Positions 57,542-64,000 of a stretch of DNA of 64,000 nt are shown piece after piece (the first letter of the stretch is position 1; every line of letters begins with the position of its first letter). Made by a program: the position numbers and the translations under genes. This DNA comes from Candidatus Omnitrophota bacterium (GTDB lineage Bacteria > Omnitrophota > Gorgyraeia > Zapsychrales > Zapsychraceae): positions 70,528-134,527 of the forward strand of contig JADFYJ010000004.1 in NCBI GenBank assembly GCA_015233115.1, in the 5' to 3' direction. A model generated the notes under the pieces. That model worked only from the letters and a program-made list of their open reading frames with translations. It was not told the origin of the DNA and did not search any database.

Positions 57542-58955
57542 CTCGCCCTTTCAAGACAACCGGTAAAGTTTTAGAAAGAATGGTTAAATCCAGCCAAAAC
57601 GACCAATTATTGATATACCACAAATCCCACTTCAAAAGCCGATTAAAAGAAATATCGCTCCGGCCTCTAATTTGCCATAAGCCGGTCATACCCGGCCGCA
57701 CTTCCAAACGCTGGAGCTGCAACAAATCTTCTTTTTCAATTTCATGCACCACAAATGGGCGCGGCCCCACCAGACTCATGTCCCCTTTGATGACATTGAT
57801 CAGCTGGGGCAATTCATCCAAACTGTATTTCCGCAAAATTCTTCCCACCGGCGTAACCCGCGGATCATTTTTTATTTTAAAAATTGGCCCATCTGCTTCA
57901 TTTTGATGCTTATATTTGGCAATCTCTTTCTCCGCATCCATGGTCATACTGCGAAATTTCCACATATGAAATTTCCAGCCATTGCGCCCGTACCGGTAAG
58001 AAAAATAAAAAACCGGGCCAGGACTGTCACATTTGATTAATAGCGCTACGATTAAAAAAACCGGAGACAAAATCAACAATAAAAACAATCCCACAATAAC
58101 ATCAAATAACCGTTTCCCGAACTGTTTGCGCAAATAATTCCGATTGTAATAATCTAAAACCGGAATAATCCCGATATTGTATTTTTCAACTTCCTGGGAA
58201 AGGAACTCATAACCGAATGGAACCACCCGGATGTTCAGGTTAAGGCCTTTAGCGGTCTCCATTAATTTCAAAAAAGTTTTCGTCTCTAAAAACGTAGTGA
58301 TAAAAATTTTATCAATAAATTCCTGACGGGCAATTTTTTTAAAATCAATCAATTTTCCTAAGACCGGCGGCCCGTTAAAAACCGGTGATTCCGTCTTCAC
58401 ATCATCCAAAAAACCCATCACTTTAATGCCTAATTCCGGCCGTTTGACAATCTCTTCATACAAGGATTTTCCTACTTTACCAGCGCCGATGATCAGGACA
58501 TTAAAATTGTTATATCCACCCGCCACCAAAAAATTAACTATCGTCCGCTTAAAAAAACGCCATACTGTAAAAAACATAAAATTTAAAAATGTTCCAATAA
58601 AAAACACACTGCGGGGAAAACCTTGAATTTTCAAAACATACACACAAACCACCAGGATAATCGACGACATGAGAACCGCTTGAGCAATATAAAACATCTC
58701 CACTCCGCGCATCAATTCCCGCTGAGTCCGATGAAGCCCCCGAGTCACATTAATAACCACAGATGAAAACACCCAAAACGCGAAAACATACCGGAATGGA
58801 TTTTGATCGCCCCAAAATAAATTATACAAATTCACATCAAAATACAAACCGTCCGACCTGATCAAACAGGCCAAATAGACCGAAAGACAGGCTGAAAAGA
58901 TGTCGAACCCGATATAAACCAAACTGATAAAAGTCTGTTTAATTCTTTTTTTCAT
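57531..58955 (-). CDS. Polyprenyl-phosphate hexose-1-phosphate transferase (WbaP/EpsB-like bacterial sugar transferase)
   Basis: The C-terminus has KRLFDVIVGLFLLLILSPVF...MWKFRSM...DELPQL...LVGPRP. Confidence 0.85.
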   Translation of the reverse strand: MKKRIKQTFISLVYIGFDIFSACLSVYLACLIRSDGLYFDVNLYNLFWGDQNPFRYVFAFWVFSSVVINVTRGLHRTQRELMRGVEMFYIAQAVLMSSIILVVCVYVLKIQGFPRSVFFIGTFLNFMFFTVWRFFKRTIVNFLVAGGYNNFNVLIIGAGKVGKSLYEEIVKRPELGIKVMGFLDDVKTESPVFNGPPVLGKLIDFKKIARQEFIDKIFITTFLETKTFLKLMETAKGLNLNIRVVPFGYEFLSQEVEKYNIGIIPVLDYYNRNYLRKQFGKRLFDVIVGLFLLLILSPVFLIVALLIKCDSPGPVFYFSYRYGRNGWKFHMWKFRSMTMDAEKEIAKYKHQNEADGPIFKIKNDPRVTPVGRILRKYSLDELPQLINVIKGDMSLVGPRPFVVHEIEKEDLLQLQRLEVRPGMTGLWQIRGRSDISFNRLLKWDLWYINNWSFWLDLTILSKTLPVVLKGRGAY

Positions 58956-59697
58956 GGCTGCGAATCATTTCCTTAAAAAATAACCACACAAACAACGTAT
59001 TACCATACAAATATCGTTTCCATAAACGCTTTGGTTCTGAACATAAGCGAAAGAACCACTCTAAGCCGGCCTGACGCATCCACACCGGAGCCCGTTTTTT
59101 TACTCCTGCCAAAAAATCAAAAGCCGCGCCAACGCCAACCATCACTGGGACATTAATATCGCCACGGTGATTTGCCATCCAAAAATCCTGTTTGGGCGAA
59201 CCTAGACCAATCCATAAAATATCCGCGCCCGCCGCATTGATCTGGTCAATGACCGCCGCTGATTCTTTTTCGCCAACTTTTAAATAACCAGGAGAAAAAG
59301 ACCCGGTAATATTAATTCCTGGACATAACATTTTCAAATTATCAATCAGCTTCTGCCGGGTTGAATCATCCGCGCCGTACAAAAAATGCTTATACCCACG
59401 GTCCACTCCTTCGCCGCATACCAACCGCATAAGATCAGGCCCACAAGTCCGCTTAATATTTTTCTCACCCTTTAAACGACCAGCCCAAACCAATGGAACA
59501 CCGTCGGGTGTTACCATCCCTGCCTCATTAATAACTTTCAGATAAGCAGGATCTTTATATGCGTCCACGATGGTTGCGACCGGAGCTACACACACATAAG
59601 TCTTAGTTTTATCATGAATCCATTGACTGATCTCACTGGCCGCTTGGCCCAAGTCAGTCACTGAAACTTTCACATCTAAAAGATTAAAAGTTTTCAT
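58939..59697 (-). CDS. WecB/TagA/CpsF-family glycosyltransferase (GT26)
   Basis: LWIGLGSPKQDFWMA motif (PKQE box). Confidence 0.8.
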   Translation of the reverse strand: MKTFNLLDVKVSVTDLGQAASEISQWIHDKTKTYVCVAPVATIVDAYKDPAYLKVINEAGMVTPDGVPLVWAGRLKGEKNIKRTCGPDLMRLVCGEGVDRGYKHFLYGADDSTRQKLIDNLKMLCPGINITGSFSPGYLKVGEKESAAVIDQINAAGADILWIGLGSPKQDFWMANHRGDINVPVMVGVGAAFDFLAGVKKRAPVWMRQAGLEWFFRLCSEPKRLWKRYLYGNTLFVWLFFKEMIRSHEKKN

Positions 59698-60400
59698 TTC
59701 TCACCGTCAGCCCAAACCACACAATACAAAAAATCGCTTTGATACCGTCGCGCCAATTGATTTTTTTACCTTCCGCATAGGTGCGGCCGCTATAACTGAT
59801 GCCCACTTCATAGATCCGCGCTCTACGTTTTGCTACCTTAGCTGTAATTTCCGGTTCAAAGCCAAATCGATTACATTTCAATGGGATAGACTTTAAAAGA
59901 TCAGTCCGGAACGCTTTATAACACGTTTCCATATCTGTTAAATTTAAATTAGTAAAAATATTACTCAATAAAGTTAAGAAACTATTACCGACAGAATGCC
60001 AAAAAAATAAAACTCGTCTAGCTTCCCCGCCCATAAACCGGGATCCAAAAACACAATCCGCGTGACCATTGACAATAGGCTTCAGAAGTTTTGGATATTC
60101 ACTCGGATCATATTCCAAATCCGCATCTTGCACTAAACAAATATCTCCCCGTGCATTCGCAATCGCTGTTTTAATCGCCGCGCCTTTACCCTGATTAGTT
60201 TTATGTGAAAAAATACGGATTTGGCGGGGATAGCATTCTGCAAAAGACCGGATAATCGAAGCTGTTTTATCCTTAGACCTGTCATCAACGATAATTAATT
60301 CTATTTCCGTGATGCCTTCCACATTCTGGGTCAATACCTTAGGAATGATTAAGGGCAGCCACCGCTCTTCGTTATATACAGGCATAAGAACGCTTAGTTT
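59684..60400 (-). CDS. GT2 glycosyltransferase, polyprenyl-phosphate sugar synthase-like (Dpm1/ArnC-type)
   Basis: LSVLMPVYNEE, IIVDDRSKD, LVQDADLEYDP (DxD) and a C-terminal TM helix. Confidence 0.8.
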   Translation of the reverse strand, partial: KLSVLMPVYNEERWLPLIIPKVLTQNVEGITEIELIIVDDRSKDKTASIIRSFAECYPRQIRIFSHKTNQGKGAAIKTAIANARGDICLVQDADLEYDPSEYPKLLKPIVNGHADCVFGSRFMGGEARRVLFFWHSVGNSFLTLLSNIFTNLNLTDMETCYKAFRTDLLKSIPLKCNRFGFEPEITAKVAKRRARIYEVGISYSGRTYAEGKKINWRDGIKAIFCIVWFGLTVRNENF

Positions 60401-60445
60401 CATAACAACCTCTATCAATCAATTTTTTGATACTATACAGCATTA

Positions 60446-62032
60446 CTATTTTTGTTTCAAGACAAAATCAGAATTATCAACGATCACATTGATCGGAAAA
60501 TCCGCGAAAGCGGCATCTTCAATAAAAACATTGGTTGGCTTCGAACGGTCAACAGTTTTTGCCATCTCCAAGAGAGTTTTATCAGCAAAACGCAAAACAA
60601 GCATAGGCGGTTTAAAAAAATCAGCTTTATTCGCCCTGACGACAGATAGCGCGGTGAGCGCCAATGAAAATAACAATCCACCTAACATGATAGGGCGTAG
60701 AAATCTTTGATCTGAAAAAACTACGATCATCATGAGCACGAGCGGAACAAATAAGAACCGGCTTTGTTGTGAACCAAACCACCATGACGCCCAAAATATC
60801 AGACTAAACCAAGATAAACCATTAAACCGTTTTAATTTTATATCCTCAAAAAATTTAAACATAAATGGTCCTAACACTAATAGATAAGACAACCCCAACG
60901 GATAGTCAAAACGGTTATTGACTCCTTTTTCCGGTACCGCCAGCATCCAAAAATGTTCAAAAAACGCTTTCACTGACCGGCCATGACCGTACTGATCTTT
61001 AATAGTCAAAATGTCCGATGCCCTCTGAACAATGGATGACCAAAGAACCGGGTTAGTCGATTGATATACGCCTTCATGAAATTTTCCTACGCCAAAAGGA
61101 AATAAAGGTGTACCCGTATAATAAAAATTTCTTATTAAAAAAGGCCCAGCCACAACAGCACTAAAAATTAAAAAAGAAAGTAAAAAAGTCTTCTGCTTTT
61201 TCCATGCCATTGACTGTTTAAATAACCACAGAACAGCCATAACACATAGGGCAATGGCAAGGATTTGTATCGGAAGAAAAGATTTAGACCAAACATAAAA
61301 AGACAATTCAAGACCCGCCAATACATAAAAACCCGACAACCAGCTGTCCAAAGCTGCCAATAAAAAATACAGCATAACCACATCCAACATCGCGGTTCCA
61401 AACTGTATGGATAGCCCATGAAGACCCAGAACCGCGGCCCAAACAAAAACCATACTTTTCCAACTATGATCCGTTAATCGAGAAACCAAACGGCACACCA
61501 AAAACAAAATTCCTAAACAAAAAAAATATTGAGGTATTTTATTAAGATATGAAGTAGATAACCAAAATGGGGCTAAACCATGATCCAGGGGCAGTAGATA
61601 AAAATCAGCGGTTGACCAAGGAAGATGCTGGAACGAATTTCTCAAAAGATGTTGCCGGGGAATCGTGATGTGATAACTCAAGGCATCGTATTCTTGAGGC
61701 AGATGCGGCGGTAAAAATGACGCATAACAGGTTACAAATAAAATAATCGCTGATAAGGCTAAAATAATCGAAACTGCGCTCTTGGTTAAAACCGGCTGTT
61801 CCCCATACCATAATTGCCATTGCTGAAACTCTGCGGATATATTTTTTCGCTCCTTTAAAAATATCAAAATCACCACTAACAAAAACAGTATCCACGCTAA
61901 AGAAGTCGTATAGCCTGTTGATGGCTGTAAAAAATATAATTCCAGCCAATAAACCGGATAACCGATGATCAAAAACCAAGTCGGTAAATGAGTAACGCTT
62001 AATGTCTTTGTAAAAAAATTACGCATCGCCAT
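60446..62032 (-). CDS. Polytopic membrane protein, candidate GT-C-fold glycosyltransferase (PMT/ArnT-like)
   Basis: About 13 predicted TM helices. It is paired with an upstream GT2 Dpm1-like gene. There are no soluble-domain motifs. Confidence 0.45.
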   Translation of the reverse strand: MAMRNFFTKTLSVTHLPTWFLIIGYPVYWLELYFLQPSTGYTTSLAWILFLLVVILIFLKERKNISAEFQQWQLWYGEQPVLTKSAVSIILALSAIILFVTCYASFLPPHLPQEYDALSYHITIPRQHLLRNSFQHLPWSTADFYLLPLDHGLAPFWLSTSYLNKIPQYFFCLGILFLVCRLVSRLTDHSWKSMVFVWAAVLGLHGLSIQFGTAMLDVVMLYFLLAALDSWLSGFYVLAGLELSFYVWSKSFLPIQILAIALCVMAVLWLFKQSMAWKKQKTFLLSFLIFSAVVAGPFLIRNFYYTGTPLFPFGVGKFHEGVYQSTNPVLWSSIVQRASDILTIKDQYGHGRSVKAFFEHFWMLAVPEKGVNNRFDYPLGLSYLLVLGPFMFKFFEDIKLKRFNGLSWFSLIFWASWWFGSQQSRFLFVPLVLMMIVVFSDQRFLRPIMLGGLLFSLALTALSVVRANKADFFKPPMLVLRFADKTLLEMAKTVDRSKPTNVFIEDAAFADFPINVIVDNSDFVLKQK

Positions 62033-62132
62033 ATCCCATAACACATGGTTATTCCGATCACATAAATATCCCAAAAATAAATTTTAAATAATAGTTTTTT
62101 CATAGACTAATTAGTATTTTAACCCGTGCTGC

Positions 62133-62906
62133 TTATGAAACCAGTCCTTCGCTCAAACAAGACACCTTTTTAAATTTATTAAACAGCCGTTTCAAATAAT
62201 TGACTAGGACAAAATATTCATTGATCGTCATTAAGATACGAATTTTGCTTTTTCCTTTTTTTCTACCGTAATCATAGACGAACGGGACCTCTGCGATCTT
62301 ATCCGTAAACCAGGATAGTTTGATCAATAATTCCGCGTTGGCCACAAACCCTTTTGATTGTATCAATCCAAACATGCCAAAATATTGGGCGGCTTTTTTT
62401 AAAATACCCACCCGGTAAGCGCGGAAAAATATGGTATAATCATTCACATTTTTGATGGGGAAATAATATTTCATCATAGAGCTCGCGCCTAAACTGAAAA
62501 TTTTCCGCATCCAGGGAAACCGTTCATATTTACCGCCAGCCTGATACCGTGAAGCAATGACAATATCCTGCCCCGTCTTGATTTTTTCGATCATATCCAC
62601 AATCAAATCGATCTCGCTAGTCTGATCACTCTCCAAAATAAACATAATATCCTGATCGCCGGCTGTTGATAAGACCTCGGCAATACCAGTCGAAAATACC
62701 GCACCGATGTTCATATTAATAACTGACCCCACCACCTTAAGATCCTTTCCCCGGCATTGTTCCAGCAAAGCTAAAGAATTGTCGGTACTGCCGTCATTAA
62801 CGGCAATCATTTGATAATTCTGTCCCTTCATTTTTTCGCGAATACTTTTAATCAATCCGGAAAGATTCGCCTCTTCGTTATAAACGGGAAAAAGAAAATA
62901 GATCAT
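62133..62906 (-). CDS. GT2 glycosyltransferase, polyprenyl-phosphate sugar synthase-like
   Basis: MIYFLFPVYNEE, AVNDGSTDNS, and ESDQTSEIDL (DxD-like). Confidence 0.8.
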   Translation of the reverse strand: MIYFLFPVYNEEANLSGLIKSIREKMKGQNYQMIAVNDGSTDNSLALLEQCRGKDLKVVGSVINMNIGAVFSTGIAEVLSTAGDQDIMFILESDQTSEIDLIVDMIEKIKTGQDIVIASRYQAGGKYERFPWMRKIFSLGASSMMKYYFPIKNVNDYTIFFRAYRVGILKKAAQYFGMFGLIQSKGFVANAELLIKLSWFTDKIAEVPFVYDYGRKKGKSKIRILMTINEYFVLVNYLKRLFNKFKKVSCLSEGLVS

Positions 62907-64000
62907 ATGTTCTCCAATAGAATCCAATTTTTGCTATAAAATTTTACTTGATACGCCTTTAAAACACTATCCGGAATTTTGCCAAATCTGGGCGCGTATA
63001 AAAAATATCCTTTTCCTGCCTTATCCAAAACGCTTATAGACGGATCATACTCAAAACGTCTTAAATTCGTTCCAGTCCGGCGATTAATAAGACCGGGAAT
63101 GGCCAGCCCGGCTTCCATCGCATTCGTATAAATGGGGGCAGTTGAACTTTCCAGAAAATCAGCAGGGTTATATTCTATCCATTGACTTAAATTGTGCGTA
63201 TCATATTGGTAAAACATCTCCCGCTGTAAGGCGTAACAACAAACCAATAAATTCAAAAAAAACGCGCCCATAACCACAAAAACTTTTCCTTTTTCCGATA
63301 AAGAAGCCAATCCATCAGCAAACCAGATCGCGGCGATAAAAGAAAAAAATAAACCTAATGGTGTGGCATAATATGAAACAGGATTCCAAGGCAATAAAAT
63401 TCCCATATAACACAAATACAGAAACAAACTCAAAATATAAGGCAAGCAATCTCGCTTTTGTTTTACATCATTTAGACCTTTTCTAAAAACAAAGAATCCT
63501 ATCATGATCCAAGGGAGATGGTTCAAAAAATCCTTTTTAAACCAAATCATCAATGAACTAAAAATCTTCGGCATATTCGTAAAACTATACGATGAGGTAT
63601 AATGCCCCTGAACCAACAATTTTAACAAAACCGCAAATCCGGCACTGCAGAACAAAATTAAAAAACCCCGGAGCCATAAACCCTGGCTAAATTTTTCTTT
63701 TCGGCTTTTAAAAGCATCAGCCCATAACGCAATCGCCACCGCGCCTCCTGAAGCGACAAAAGTTTCCTTTGAAAAAAGCGAAAGTAATAAACAAAGTATC
63801 CCCCACGAAAAAAAACCTTTATGCCCTCTTCCACCAGCTTTTAATTTTTCATAATCAGACCAAAAACATTGCAGCGCTAATCCGAGGAAAAAAAGGCCTA
63901 AAAATTCATGCGTAGATAAATAAAAGAAAGCATCATAAAAATAATGAAACGACAAGGTTACTGTCGGAACCAAATAAAATGATAATTTATTCTTGGTCAT
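62903..64000 (-). CDS. Polytopic membrane protein (second candidate GT-C-like partner). It may continue upstream beyond the window end.
   Basis: 365 aa of mostly hydrophobic helices. The ORF begins exactly at the window edge (ATG at 64000..63998), so the N-terminus may be truncated. Confidence 0.45.
   Translation of the reverse strand: MTKNKLSFYLVPTVTLSFHYFYDAFFYLSTHEFLGLFFLGLALQCFWSDYEKLKAGGRGHKGFFSWGILCLLLSLFSKETFVASGGAVAIALWADAFKSRKEKFSQGLWLRGFLILFCSAGFAVLLKLLVQGHYTSSYSFTNMPKIFSSLMIWFKKDFLNHLPWIMIGFFVFRKGLNDVKQKRDCLPYILSLFLYLCYMGILLPWNPVSYYATPLGLFFSFIAAIWFADGLASLSEKGKVFVVMGAFFLNLLVCCYALQREMFYQYDTHNLSQWIEYNPADFLESSTAPIYTNAMEAGLAIPGLINRRTGTNLRRFEYDPSISVLDKAGKGYFLYAPRFGKIPDSVLKAYQVKFYSKNWILLENI

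Overview
AT-rich bacterial chromosomal segment of about 64 kb with no rRNA, CRISPR or obvious prophage. Every coding gene except one lies on the minus strand; the exception is a GAF-GGDEF diguanylate cyclase on the plus strand. The intergenic architecture resembles an uncultivated or compact-genome lineage, but I cannot assign a taxon from sequence alone.

Gene content, all read off the minus strand in transcription order:
- Core metabolism and cell-envelope genes: MEMO-family protein, PEP carboxykinase (ATP), a CheC/CheX-like gene with a CheY-like receiver and a SPOR protein, a PfkB/1-phosphofructokinase-like kinase, lipoproteins, plsY, pgsA, lepB, lepA and cmk.
- An aromatic amino-acid cluster: tyrA, a DAHP synthase, hisC and pheA.
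- Recombination and RNA-processing genes: scpB, ruvA, ruvC, yebC, an unannotated RNase P RNA, rnhA, a COG1579 zinc-ribbon protein, two tRNAs and ssb.
- A macromolecular-synthesis pair, rpoD and dnaG, followed by smc with an Xis-like HTH gene directly upstream and a B12-binding radical SAM enzyme.
- An acyl-CoA dehydrogenase/EtfB/EtfA(ferredoxin-fused) operon and glgC.
- A large membrane-TPR protein, an opp ABC operon interrupted by a methyltransferase, then secG, tpiA and pgk.
- A surface-polysaccharide/glycosylation cluster: fcl, gmd, an epimerase, a methyltransferase, an O-antigen-ligase-like gene, a WbaP-like sugar transferase, a WecB/TagA-family transferase and two GT2 + multi-TM (GT-C-like) gene pairs.

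The unusual signals are non-coding:
1. Each of two adjacent tRNA genes is followed by a conserved structured module of about 90 nt. Each module ends in a 21-23 nt copy of its own tRNA's 3' end (T-arm 3' strand, acceptor 3' strand, discriminator and trailer).
2. A family of 25-nt perfect-palindrome repeats (GTAGGGGCGATCTCCTGATCGCCCG) is present solo and as terminal inverted repeats of MITE-like units of about 107-146 bp. One copy carries compensatory mutations that preserve the palindrome.
3. Almost every intergenic spacer is bracketed by inverted blocks of short tandem k-mer repeats from several sequence families (GTNACAGW, GGTTGTT/CCAACAA, GTATGTRG, CCTATTG, TAGCATG).
4. A 50-bp exact tandem duplication has a diverged third copy elsewhere in the window.

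RNase P RNA (bacterial type A motifs) overlaps the rnhA stop codon. All annotation is by eye from motifs, so coordinates of starts are best estimates.
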